The notes under the pieces were generated by a model. That model searched no databases. It was not told the DNA's origin and saw only the letters and a list, made by a program, of their open reading frames with translations. Shown one piece after another: positions 1 to 8,839 of a DNA stretch of 64,000 bases (its first letter is position 1; each line of letters starts with the position of its first letter). This stretch comes from an uncultured Gammaproteobacteria bacterium (GTDB lineage Bacteria > Patescibacteriota > Microgenomatia > Levybacterales > GWA1-39-11), in NCBI GenBank assembly GCA_964394645.1, contig CAYMYC010000004.1, forward strand, positions 1,258 to 65,257, written 5' to 3'. The translations under genes were made by a program, and so were the position numbers.

Positions 1-34
1 CAAAATCTGAAACTAGCAAAAAACGACCGGATCT

Positions 35-679
35 TTATTGACCCTCAGCTTGCGGTAACTCTTGTATCAGTTTATCTTCAGCAGCTGTAAATGGCACAAC
101 TACGTCAGACTGAAGCATATTTAAATCATATGGCTTATAGTAAAATATAACATCTACGTCTGCTAACCCTTGATTCATCCTAATTTTTACAATTTTTGAA
201 AGTGGTGTTTCATCTAGTAGCTCTTTAGCAAATGCCTGAACGCCATTTCTATCTAAACCCGCAAGAGACAAATTTACGGTAACAAATGGAACTCCAGCTG
301 CAGACACTTCTTCTGCTGCACCTTTTTTAAATACTCCTCCTACTTTTACCGTAAACCCATTAATTGAAACCTGAGCGTTTGAGGCACTTGCAGTTAAAGC
401 TAGATACATATTTTGCACACTCTTTGTGCTCGGAAGAGCATTTGTAGTCGTCATAAAATCACTTTCAACCTGACTTTCAGAAACTTGACCAACAGTGGCA
501 ACTGAAGTTTTATATGATGCTAACTTCTCTTGCTCAACACGTAAAGTACTCTGTGCTTCTATAACTGCGCCAATTTGCGGAATTGTTACCTGCAAAAGAA
601 TAAAAAGTGACCCAAGCAAAAATAAAGCTGCCAAAACCAACGACCTATGTCTGTTATAAAAAAATATAAAGTCTTCCAT
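35..679 (-). CDS. pilO: type IV pilus assembly protein PilO-like (bitopic membrane protein)
   Basis: Single N-terminal TM helix (LVLAALFLLGSLFILLQV). Sits last in a pilM-pilN-pilO arrangement, with start/stop overlap to pilN at 679. No catalytic motifs. Confidence 0.5.
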   Translation of the reverse strand: MEDFIFFYNRHRSLVLAALFLLGSLFILLQVTIPQIGAVIEAQSTLRVEQEKLASYKTSVATVGQVSESQVESDFMTTTNALPSTKSVQNMYLALTASASNAQVSINGFTVKVGGVFKKGAAEEVSAAGVPFVTVNLSLAGLDRNGVQAFAKELLDETPLSKIVKIRMNQGLADVDVIFYYKPYDLNMLQSDVVVPFTAAEDKLIQELPQAEGQ

Positions 680-1230
680 TAATTAATAGATGTGTTAAAT
701 GTAATTTTTATGTCTGAACTATAATTCGTGCCCTTTGAGTTTAATCCGAATGATTGAATTTCAATTTTTTTAACTTGTGAATCCTTTTTCTTTGGAAGCT
801 CGGAAAGGTCAGAGTTTAAAAAAGTATTTAATACAGAAAGGCTAATTGAAGAAATGGTAATATTCATAACTGTATCAATCATTTCTAATTTATCAATAGA
901 AATAGATGCAGGAATGCTTGAAAGTACAATATTTAAACGATCTTCTGGAATTGAATTACCCGGTACAATTTTTTTAATGGTAGCCAATCGTTCTTTAGTC
1001 GTTAGTATTTTTATTTTTTTGCCTTGTTCAGATTTTAATATTGATAATTCCTTATTTTGAGAATTAATAGTACTTGCTATGCTAGACTTGAGAAATAACA
1101 AATACAAAAGGATTAAAACGGTTATAAGTACAACAATAAGAAGCACTAGTATGCTTAGGTAAAAAAAGGATGCCTTCTTTTTTACTTGCAGCTTGTCTGT
1201 TTTAAGTAGATTTACTGTATCTTGTGCCAT
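679..1230 (-). CDS. pilN: type IV pilus assembly protein PilN-like
   Basis: Single N-terminal TM helix after a short cytoplasmic segment (KKKASFFYLSILVLLIVVLITVLILLYLLF). Lies immediately downstream of pilM on the same strand. Confidence 0.5.
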   Translation of the reverse strand: MAQDTVNLLKTDKLQVKKKASFFYLSILVLLIVVLITVLILLYLLFLKSSIASTINSQNKELSILKSEQGKKIKILTTKERLATIKKIVPGNSIPEDRLNIVLSSIPASISIDKLEMIDTVMNITISSISLSVLNTFLNSDLSELPKKKDSQVKKIEIQSFGLNSKGTNYSSDIKITFNTSIN

Positions 1231-1234
1231 ATGT

Positions 1235-2266
1235 CTATATTACTATATCCCGTAAAGCAAGTCCTACTACAACGTTATAACTGGGCGCTTCCTGCAACAC
1301 CTCTTCAGGAACATTCGAGATTCTATGAAGAACAAAAGTATTACCTACGGTTGTAGTTAAACCCAATGATTCTGTGAAAAATTGCTCAATCCCGGGCAAA
1401 AGAGCGGTCCCCCCTGAAAGTACAACCTTGTTTACAAGAGCATTTTTGTTTTTTTCTTTATAGGTAAGTATGGCGCGTTTTATATCAGCTATGATCGCGT
1501 CAAGTACCGGTCTAAGTGCTGAACCAATTTTCCCCTCAAGGGTATTAGTCAATCCATAGGTTTTCTTTAATTCTTCAGCTTGTGATGTGGCAATTCCTAA
1601 ATCAGAAGATATTGCACGAGTTATAGCAAGCCCCCCTAATCCAATAGTTGCGATAAAACGTAAAACACCACCTGCAGTAATGGTTATGTTTGTAGAAGAA
1701 GACCCTAGATGCACGACAAGACACGTCTCACTTGGTGTAAAAAGCGGGGATAAAGCTCTTTGCACAGAAATCATTTCAGTCTCAACGCTTGAAGGAACAA
1801 GCCCTGAAAGAGTAAGTATATTTTCATATTTTTCAAGAACTGAAGTAGAGGCAGCAATAATTAATACAGACATTGTCTTTTGACCATCCTTTATGAAATG
1901 GTCTAAAATTTGCCAGTCTGTCTTAACTTGGTTAAGTGGGAGAGGAATATATTGCTCCATTTCAAATGAAAGGGAAGCAGCCAACTCTTTTTCTGATAAT
2001 TCAGGTGTTTCTATTATTTTTGTATAAACCTGGCTTGCGGGAATGGAAACGTTCACGCTTTTTGTCTTTATCTGAGCAATCCCCAGCATTTCGTGAATAG
2101 AGGAGGCAATGGTTTGCTGATTTAACTGTGATTCTGAAAGAATACTTTTTGCGGTAAAAGGAGATACAGCTATTGCTTCGACTGAAAATTTATTTCCTTC
2201 ATTTTTTAAAGACACTGATTTTATTGACGTAGTGCCTATATCAAGACCGAACGATTTAACTTTCAT
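1235..2266 (-). CDS. pilM: type IV pilus assembly ATPase-like protein PilM (actin-like fold)
   Basis: N-terminal FGLDIGTTSIKSV matches the PilM/FtsA phosphate-1 motif. I moved the start to the internal Met (MKVKSFGLDIG, ATG at 2264-2266) so it abuts the upstream gene's stop at 2271. Confidence 0.75.
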   Translation of the reverse strand: MKVKSFGLDIGTTSIKSVSLKNEGNKFSVEAIAVSPFTAKSILSESQLNQQTIASSIHEMLGIAQIKTKSVNVSIPASQVYTKIIETPELSEKELAASLSFEMEQYIPLPLNQVKTDWQILDHFIKDGQKTMSVLIIAASTSVLEKYENILTLSGLVPSSVETEMISVQRALSPLFTPSETCLVVHLGSSSTNITITAGGVLRFIATIGLGGLAITRAISSDLGIATSQAEELKKTYGLTNTLEGKIGSALRPVLDAIIADIKRAILTYKEKNKNALVNKVVLSGGTALLPGIEQFFTESLGLTTTVGNTFVLHRISNVPEEVLQEAPSYNVVVGLALRDIVI

Positions 2267-2270
2267 ATAC

Positions 2271-3905
2271 TTATTGGGAGAGTATTGAATACTGCATTGC
2301 TTCAGTTGGAAGCTGCGGATAAGACTCAAAATATTGGATCTTACGCGTTGTCTCACCAGATGTCCCAACTGACTCAATGACTTTCCCTTGTGAAGGAAGA
2401 CTCACTCCTGAACTTCCAACAACGCCTATAACACTTGAGTTATATAAGGGAATAACTTTTAAAATAAGCGCGTTTGATAGTGGAATCGGATTTGTTTTAA
2501 AGTAAAGCGTTTTTCCATTTACATCTTGTCCATCATAGGTAGATGGCGTAGATGTAGGAGTAGGAGTTGGGGCAGCCGTTTCGCATGACAAACCATTTCC
2601 AGAGTTATATAACGTTTGTACTTCCCCCCCAGTAAGAGCGCGATTCCAAATACCTACTTCATCCAGCGCCCCAGTGTAGACTGCGTAATTTCCATATTCC
2701 CGTGCTCCAAATCTAAATGGGGCATTTACAGATGCTGTGTTACGACCACCTAAGCTATTAAAAGTTCCTGAGTTAGATTGTACTCCGTCTACATAGATTT
2801 TAACTAGCGGATCTGGGGCTACTGTACCATCATAAGTAACTGCAAAATGATGCCAATTTCCGTCTCTTACATTTGCTGTGCCACCGACAGTAATTTGATA
2901 GGGAATGTGATAGTCATTTACATTATAAAGAAGGAGTGTGCCATCAGGCTGAGTTGAAATTGACCAACCATTCCCGTTTCCTGCACCATGCATATCAGCC
3001 ACTAGAAACTGGAAGGAGCTTGCGGGAGATGCCTTTATCCATCCTGCAACACTATATTCTTGAGAAGTGGAAAAATCCAAACCCTTTGTACTTGCTTGAC
3101 CCATATTAACTGCTCCCGTGGTAGCATCTGAGGGGGAAGAGGCTGTATTTGTAAATTGAAGTGCATTCCCCAATTTCCCTACAATTCTTGTTACATTGTT
3201 TACTATTGTTCCATTTGCGACTCCACCCACACCTACTACATCAGTTACTGTTGCTCCACTTGATTCATTCGCTGACCAATAATGAGCAAGTCCTGTTGTG
3301 GGGCAGGCGATAGGAGTTGGAGTTGGATTCCCACCAGACGTACTTGTGCCCAGAGGTGTGGAAAAATTATTGCTTGATCTTCTGTTTCCGTATGTTCCTC
3401 CACAAGCATCATACGCGTATTTTGTAACCGTTGGATTTAACTTTGAACCAGATAATAAAACTATCTCAAGTGCTGGAACTGAATCTTTATCTGTTGCTGC
3501 ACAATTTGCCGCGTTTTTTGTCCCCCACAAAAGCGAAATACTACCTCCATTCATGGGAGAAGAAAAGTCCGGATAGTTAGAGAGCCATATATCTATACCC
3601 CTATCTTGCGGGATAGAATCTCCATTATTTAATAAAATGCTATTCCCTGAGGCAGCCGATATGTTGGTAGTAAAACTAGCATTTGTTAAATTTCCAATAC
3701 TTTGACCTGTCGTAATAGACTTTTCAATTCCTGCACTAGCTGCCTGGAATGCACGCTGAGAATCTTCATTTTGTTTTGAAACTTTTAAATTAGTAATAGT
3801 GCGTGAAGCCAATGTTAACGCTGCTGTAAGCGCCACAACCATGGTTATCACAACAATTAACAATACCTGACCGGAAGATCCATGAATTTTTCCCATCTCA
3901 TTCAT
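2271..3905 (-). CDS. PilX-N-like minor pilin fused to LamG/concanavalin-A-like lectin domain; putative pilus tip adhesin
   Basis: N-terminal hydrophobic segment (VLLIVVITMVVALTAALTLA) resembles the PilX N-domain. It carries PTPTP linkers. The C-terminal region has LamG hallmarks (WHHFAVTYDG...LDEVGIWNRALTGGEVQTLYNSGNG). The gene lies inside the pilin operon. Confidence 0.5.
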   Translation of the reverse strand: MNEMGKIHGSSGQVLLIVVITMVVALTAALTLASRTITNLKVSKQNEDSQRAFQAASAGIEKSITTGQSIGNLTNASFTTNISAASGNSILLNNGDSIPQDRGIDIWLSNYPDFSSPMNGGSISLLWGTKNAANCAATDKDSVPALEIVLLSGSKLNPTVTKYAYDACGGTYGNRRSSNNFSTPLGTSTSGGNPTPTPIACPTTGLAHYWSANESSGATVTDVVGVGGVANGTIVNNVTRIVGKLGNALQFTNTASSPSDATTGAVNMGQASTKGLDFSTSQEYSVAGWIKASPASSFQFLVADMHGAGNGNGWSISTQPDGTLLLYNVNDYHIPYQITVGGTANVRDGNWHHFAVTYDGTVAPDPLVKIYVDGVQSNSGTFNSLGGRNTASVNAPFRFGAREYGNYAVYTGALDEVGIWNRALTGGEVQTLYNSGNGLSCETAAPTPTPTSTPSTYDGQDVNGKTLYFKTNPIPLSNALILKVIPLYNSSVIGVVGSSGVSLPSQGKVIESVGTSGETTRKIQYFESYPQLPTEAMQYSILSQ

Positions 3906-3941
3906 GATAGACTTAAAGTCGCAAGGCTGTCAAGTAAAAGC

Positions 3942-4544
3942 TTAGTAGCTTTGATTGCGCAAAGACACAGATGTATTAAATGAAGCAACCCCAGTCTTAT
4001 CTGACGCGGTTCCCGCGGAATTCACTAATTGAAATTTTACATCAATTCGAGGAGGAGAATATATATCCTGCTGAGTACAGGTAAATGAACAGGTTGCAGG
4101 AGAAAGCTTTACCCGAGATATATCAATTAATTGAGTAATTTTATAGGGAGTAGGAGTAGGTGGAAGAGCGCTAAAAATTGCGCTACTTGAACTAATCGTA
4201 AGCTCATTCTCATTACAGGTAAATGTAGTAGTCCCACCATCAAAACCTAGTACAGTAAGAGATTGTCCTGCGGGTGGTGTATTCACACAATCTGTAACTG
4301 GAGAAGAATTTGTGGGGGTAAAGGAAATGAGTTGCCGCGAGTTTGTGAGAACATTTGAAATTGTCGAAAGTGCATAATTTCCATTCTGTGCAATGTCGCT
4401 TGTTATTTTAGATTTGGAAGTTCCCCTGTACGTTGCATTTAATATCCCAACCACTACTGTCCCTGTCACTATGAGGAGCATCATGACGATAATTAATTCT
4501 ATAAGCGTATAGCCATTTGCAAATTTTTTATTATATTTTTTCAT
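3942..4544 (-). CDS. prepilin-type (class III signal) pilin/pseudopilin
   Basis: Start moved to MKKYNKKFANGYTLIELIIVMMLLIV, which has a G|YTLIE prepilin cleavage motif and a hydrophobic helix. The ATG at 4542-4544 overlaps the upstream gene's TGA stop. Confidence 0.6.
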   Translation of the reverse strand: MKKYNKKFANGYTLIELIIVMMLLIVTGTVVVGILNATYRGTSKSKITSDIAQNGNYALSTISNVLTNSRQLISFTPTNSSPVTDCVNTPPAGQSLTVLGFDGGTTTFTCNENELTISSSSAIFSALPPTPTPYKITQLIDISRVKLSPATCSFTCTQQDIYSPPRIDVKFQLVNSAGTASDKTGVASFNTSVSLRNQSY

Positions 4545-5053
4545 ATACCCTGATAAGCTGTTGGAAATGTTGTAGGAAACTGCTTTGAAACATCCAGAAA
4601 GCATGATCTAACTGACTTTTTATTGCAGAATGCTGCTGTACATTTACTACTTGTCCAGGAAACAGCAACAGTAACGTATAAGCCGTTCTGAAACGTATTT
4701 CCCGATCCACAATTCCCCGATTCAAAAGTTACCTCACGTTTAAATTGCTCAAAAACATAGTCATTTGTGGTACACGCAGTATTTAGAAGATTATTTTGTT
4801 CATCTAAGCATTTTACATCAGTGTAAGTACGATAGGTCGCAATCATATTATTATTTGATATTTGATCACGTATATACTCTAGCCCTTGTTGCGCAAGCTT
4901 ATTTGCCTGATTTTGTTGTTTAACAAAGACTGAATTATTAACACTCGTTAATACTGCAACTGCCGTTGCACTAAGAATAATAACCAACAATGAAAGAGCA
5001 ATTATTGCCTCAACTAATGTTTGACCTGAATTTTTTTTGAATTTTATGTACAT
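4541..5053 (-). CDS. prepilin-type pilin/pseudopilin
   Basis: MYIKFKKNSGQTLVEAIIALSLLVIIL has a G|QTLVE class III signal. Confidence 0.6.
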   Translation of the reverse strand: MYIKFKKNSGQTLVEAIIALSLLVIILSATAVAVLTSVNNSVFVKQQNQANKLAQQGLEYIRDQISNNNMIATYRTYTDVKCLDEQNNLLNTACTTNDYVFEQFKREVTFESGNCGSGNTFQNGLYVTVAVSWTSSKCTAAFCNKKSVRSCFLDVSKQFPTTFPTAYQGI

Positions 5054-5640
5054 GCTACTGTTCCTTCTTTTATATTCACATTCCCGCCATTATCTACACA
5101 GATAGTCTTACTCATAGAACTATCTGTTGTCGTTAAAACAATTCTACAGCTATCTGTATCGGAACCGTTTGCGATAATATAAAAGCGTAAAATTTTGTTT
5201 GATCCACACTCACCATTTGCAACACTCACAACTAAATTTGACGGTCGTTTTTTAGTATACACCGTATAAAAACCCGAATTTGTTGATGCAACGTAACACA
5301 CAGCATCAGTTTGATAAAGATTTGTGGGATCTGTACACAGATTTGTCTCACCTGAAGCATTTGCGCAAGTAATAAAGCGGTAACGATCAAGTGCGCCCGT
5401 ACAAGAAGTGGGCTTTACTCTGGAAGTTGCATTTGCCCGGGCTTGATCAATCCCATTTTTTATATCTACCGCGGCCTGATCAAATGCCTGTTTTTTACTA
5501 TATGAAATAAATGATGCAAAACCAATACCAGTTAGTAGTCCAATAACTGAAAAGACTACAAGAAGCTCTAAAAGAGTAAACCCATTATTATTTTTAAGAA
5601 TATGAAAGGACAGATACTTTTTCAAGGCAGTATTTAGCAC
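5044..5640 (-). CDS. prepilin-type pilin/pseudopilin
   Basis: NNNGFTLLELLVVFSVIGLL has a G|FTLLE motif. Cys residues near the C-terminus could form a disulfide loop. Confidence 0.65.
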   Translation of the reverse strand: MLNTALKKYLSFHILKNNNGFTLLELLVVFSVIGLLTGIGFASFISYSKKQAFDQAAVDIKNGIDQARANATSRVKPTSCTGALDRYRFITCANASGETNLCTDPTNLYQTDAVCYVASTNSGFYTVYTKKRPSNLVVSVANGECGSNKILRFYIIANGSDTDSCRIVLTTTDSSMSKTICVDNGGNVNIKEGTVACT

Positions 5641-6131
5641 TATGGATTACTTACGGCATAATAATATCCAGTTGCACATGTTATCGGGGGCCATGTAATT
5701 GATGTCGGCCACCAGGTCGGCTTTCCCCCAACAGTCCCTGCAGACGCATCTTTATCATTTATGTTTTCCATGCAAGAGACTAATACATAGGTAGACGCAG
5801 GAGAGCCCACAGAATAATAGTACGCTGCGCTCGTCTGTGGATCACAAGGAATGCTTGACATGTATTGCTGGGAACCACCTGCTCCTCCCATGTAAGGCTG
5901 CCCGCAGCTAGCAATAGGGGAAACCGGAGATGATGCAGGATAAGCATCATTATCAGTTCTATAAAATTCAAAAGCTGCCTGAATCTGCTTTATATCAGAT
6001 TTCCTCTGTACATCCCTCCCTCTTTTTCTAACGCTTCCAAATGAAACAGTGAGGAGTGCAGTTAATATTCCAATTATTGCAATAACGGTTAATAGCTCTA
6101 TAAGAGTAAAACCCTTGTTTTTATATTTCAT
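5640..6131 (-). CDS. prepilin-type pilin/pseudopilin
   Basis: MKYKNKGFTLIELLTVIAIIGILTALL is a canonical G|FTLIE motif. The start was chosen at the internal Met, giving a 6-aa leader (ATG at 6129-6131). Confidence 0.65.
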   Translation of the reverse strand: MKYKNKGFTLIELLTVIAIIGILTALLTVSFGSVRKRGRDVQRKSDIKQIQAAFEFYRTDNDAYPASSPVSPIASCGQPYMGGAGGSQQYMSSIPCDPQTSAAYYYSVGSPASTYVLVSCMENINDKDASAGTVGGKPTWWPTSITWPPITCATGYYYAVSNP

Positions 6132-6133
6132 AT

Positions 6134-6616
6134 TTAAGGCGAAATGTTGTTGCTTGTAATACCAAAATTGCATGGCTTATCTGCTCCGCACAGAAAAGGT
6201 GCTGGCACACCCTTACACTCACTAATTACACTACATGCTTCTTTCCATGCGCTTGGATTCTCTAGGGAAGCATATAGCCTATACGACTGGAAATTATTAT
6301 CTTTGTCTGCCCAATATACATATCTCCTGCTAATACCTACATCTTTTGGCAAAAATGCAAAATAGGGCATCCAAGGTGTCCCCCACGCATATACATCGTC
6401 ACGATCTGCAATGATATAATTTACCTGATCATAATGTGGGTAGTGACCGTAATCCCCAAAATATTTTTCAAGCGCCAAAGAAATCAATTTCAAATCTTTA
6501 ATTCTTTTTTCATCGTTTTTATTCTGAATTTCTTTGAATGGATTTATGATATACAAACTTACACCAATTACTATGCAAAAAGATAAAAATATTAAAAAAA
6601 TGCCAAACTTAGACAT
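6134..6616 (-). CDS. GspG/pilin-fold-like protein with uncleaved N-terminal TM anchor (no prepilin motif)
   Basis: N-terminal TM (IFLIFLSFCIVIGVSLYII) is followed by KRIKDLKLISLALEKYFGDYGHYP, which resembles the pseudopilin alpha1/beta region. No G-F/Y-T-L-I-E cleavage site is present. Confidence 0.4.
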   Translation of the reverse strand: MSKFGIFLIFLSFCIVIGVSLYIINPFKEIQNKNDEKRIKDLKLISLALEKYFGDYGHYPHYDQVNYIIADRDDVYAWGTPWMPYFAFLPKDVGISRRYVYWADKDNNFQSYRLYASLENPSAWKEACSVISECKGVPAPFLCGADKPCNFGITSNNISP

Positions 6617-6619
6617 ACA

Positions 6620-7381
6620 TTAAACTCCAATCAGTGGCAGTAAAACCTGCAATATTTGATTCTCAAAGAGCAATGGAACTACAACCCCCAGGCTTAAAAA
6701 TGGTCCAAAGGGAATACTTCCCCCTTTAAGTTTTTTTTTGCCTATGATAATTAGTATTATGGAAATTGCTGCTCCTGTCAAGAATGTGGTATAAAAAGCA
6801 ATTACTAAACCTGCAGGTGAAAGTAAAAAACCAATTACTAGCGAGTATTTTACATCACCAAAACCTATACCTCTTCCAGATGTCACTAGAAAAATTCCCA
6901 AAAAAAAGATAAAAGCAACCACCGCGGATACAATATGCACTACAACATTCGGGGATCCACCTAAGACTAAAATGATTGAAAAAATCCCTAAAACCAAAAG
7001 CAGTTTATCTGAAATTATTCTATAATCAATATCTATTAAAGCAATTGCCACCGCAGTCAGACAAATAGCGCAAAACAGTGCGTATTGTATCCAGTTTATG
7101 AAGCTAAAAATAAATAGTAACACGAATAAAAGTCCAGATAAAACTTCTATAATAAACACGCGTGTAGGTATTTTCTTTCCGCATTTTCTACATTTACCTA
7201 AAAGCAAAAGGTAGGAAAGGATAGGGATCATATCATATGGCTTTAGTTTTTTTTTGCAGAAATCACAGTGGGAATGACCAAAAAATATACTTTCATTTCT
7301 TGGAATTCTGTCAGCAACTACATTTATAAAACTACCAAAACAACTTCCTACTATGAATAAAAGTAACCAGTATAATACCAC
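6620..7381 (-). CDS. pilD: prepilin peptidase (A24 family) PilD
   Basis: GSFINVVADRIP...CDFCKKKL...GKCRKCGKKI tetra-Cys motif, polytopic membrane protein, conserved Asp-containing loops (IDIDYRI, FGDVK). Confidence 0.8.
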   Translation of the reverse strand: MVLYWLLLFIVGSCFGSFINVVADRIPRNESIFFGHSHCDFCKKKLKPYDMIPILSYLLLLGKCRKCGKKIPTRVFIIEVLSGLLFVLLFIFSFINWIQYALFCAICLTAVAIALIDIDYRIISDKLLLVLGIFSIILVLGGSPNVVVHIVSAVVAFIFFLGIFLVTSGRGIGFGDVKYSLVIGFLLSPAGLVIAFYTTFLTGAAISIILIIIGKKKLKGGSIPFGPFLSLGVVVPLLFENQILQVLLPLIGV

Positions 7382-7432
7382 ATATTAATAGTACAGGGTT
7401 TACTAGGAAGTAGCAAGAAGTAGGGATTTTAC

Positions 7433-7462
7433 CCACAAAAAAACTCCTTTCGGAGTTTTTAT
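7433..7462 (-). terminator. intrinsic terminator downstream of pilA
   Basis: Minus-strand RNA AAAAACUCC-GAAA-GGAGUUUUU followed by a U-run. It lies between the pilA stop (7477) and the pilD start (7381). Confidence 0.5.
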
Positions 7463-7476
7463 TTAGTTTGTGTGTG

Positions 7477-7980
7477 TTATGGACATGTAGTAGTTGCTGT
7501 TATAGATGTTCCATTTGCCTTAAAGCAACCTTGACCGTTTGCGTATACATATATTTGTCCAGTTGTAGGTCCACCGTATTTTTTAGATTTTAGCGCAGTT
7601 ACCCAGAAAGCATAATTGTTGCAGTTTGCGCCTGCGGTCGTGCAAGAAGCAGTGGTAGCGTAACTAACTGTGTATCCCGTTGGAGGTGTATAAGATCCTA
7701 TTTTTGATTCTCCAGCAGTTTGCAAATCAGTAAGCGCTGCGTTAACTGTTGCTCCTCCTACATATGTGTTGTTATGTGTTGCAGCATAGGTATCATTAGC
7801 TTTTCCGAATTGAGCCAAAGATGTTACGACACCTGAATCATTTGCTGCATTAATTTTATCTAGTGGATCGATTGTTGTAATAAGAACTGCTGCAAGAACC
7901 CCTAAAATTGCAATAACAACTATAAGTTCTATAAGAGTAAAACCTTTTGAATTTTTTATTTGGGCAGGTAATAATTTCAT
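7477..7980 (-). CDS. pilA: major type IV pilin PilA-like
   Basis: KNSKGFTLIELIVVIAILGVLAAVLI is a canonical class III signal. Small size (167 aa), followed by a strong terminator, with its own upstream intergenic region. Confidence 0.75.
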   Translation of the reverse strand: MKLLPAQIKNSKGFTLIELIVVIAILGVLAAVLITTIDPLDKINAANDSGVVTSLAQFGKANDTYAATHNNTYVGGATVNAALTDLQTAGESKIGSYTPPTGYTVSYATTASCTTAGANCNNYAFWVTALKSKKYGGPTTGQIYVYANGQGCFKANGTSITATTTCP

Positions 7981-8170
7981 GTTAAAATTATCTAATCAAA
8001 AAAGATAATAGCTTGTCAATAAGCAATTTCTTACAGGATAAAACTTAAGTCTATATAATTTTTTTTAAGTCGTAAAATAAACAAATTTATGGCACTCGAA
8101 AATTATTAGAGGATAGATTATATTTAAAGAAACAAATATATTTGAAGCAGTATGACTGTCATGAGCTTCT

Positions 8171-8779
8171 TTAGAGAAGTGAAATCTCCAATGCCATTTT
8201 TTTATTCACATTATTTGTCTTTGTCAACTTATAGGAAGTATGCAACTTCCGCAACACAGGCAAAACTACTGGCGCCAAAGTCAAATCCTTTATAAGAAGA
8301 CTTCTCAGGACTAACAGCACAGATTCGATATCTTCAGTTTCTATAACAATTGGCAATAAACTTAAAACTTCAAAGGGATTAGAAGAGGTAACAACTACTT
8401 TTTGTATTTTATTGAAAAGCTCAATATCTACTTCTTTTTTCTCGTTATCTAAGTTCACAATTTGACACCTAGATAAAATGGTTGGCAGCAATTCGTCTTT
8501 TGTACCAGATACAAAAAATAAAATATTTTGTGCAGTTACATCTTCAACTGTTTTCAGAAGTGAATTCTGAGCTTCTAATGTTGGATTGGATATAATTATT
8601 ACCCTAATTTCACCTTCCTTCAATTTTAGAGAGATCGTATGCTGAAGTAGACGAACCTGTGAGATTTTACAGTTCTCAAGTCTTATAACATGGTAGGGTG
8701 GAACACTATGTGCTTTTATAAAAGAACTTATATATGCTTCTTGAAAATTTAAAGATCCAATAAGTGCGTAGGTATGCAT
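8171..8779 (-). CDS. holB: DNA polymerase III delta-prime subunit-like (short HolB)
   Basis: AQNSLLKTVED...TILSRCQIV matches the clamp-loader A.NALLKTLEEP / SRCQ motifs. 202 aa, lacking a clear Walker A. Confidence 0.6.
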   Translation of the reverse strand: MHTYALIGSLNFQEAYISSFIKAHSVPPYHVIRLENCKISQVRLLQHTISLKLKEGEIRVIIISNPTLEAQNSLLKTVEDVTAQNILFFVSGTKDELLPTILSRCQIVNLDNEKKEVDIELFNKIQKVVVTSSNPFEVLSLLPIVIETEDIESVLLVLRSLLIKDLTLAPVVLPVLRKLHTSYKLTKTNNVNKKMALEISLL

Positions 8780-8839
8780 ACTTCTTTATTGACATTATAA
8801 TAACGATTCTAATACTATTAAACAAGTGTCCCACGCGAA

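Noticed and set aside
854-1060. Numerous 60-110-aa ORFs antisense to or nested in large genes (for example 854-1060, 1587-1883, 3298-3576, 13772-14164, 42602-42937, 44308-44661).
   Set aside because: They lie wholly inside well-supported genes on the opposite strand or in another frame. They have no motifs, and they are the shadow ORFs expected in long coding regions.
8085-8105. TGGCAC hexamer at 8090-8095, considered as a sigma54 -24 element in the pilA/holB intergenic region.
   Set aside because: It is not followed by TTGC at the -12 position. It is also oriented on the plus strand, while both flanking genes are on the minus strand.
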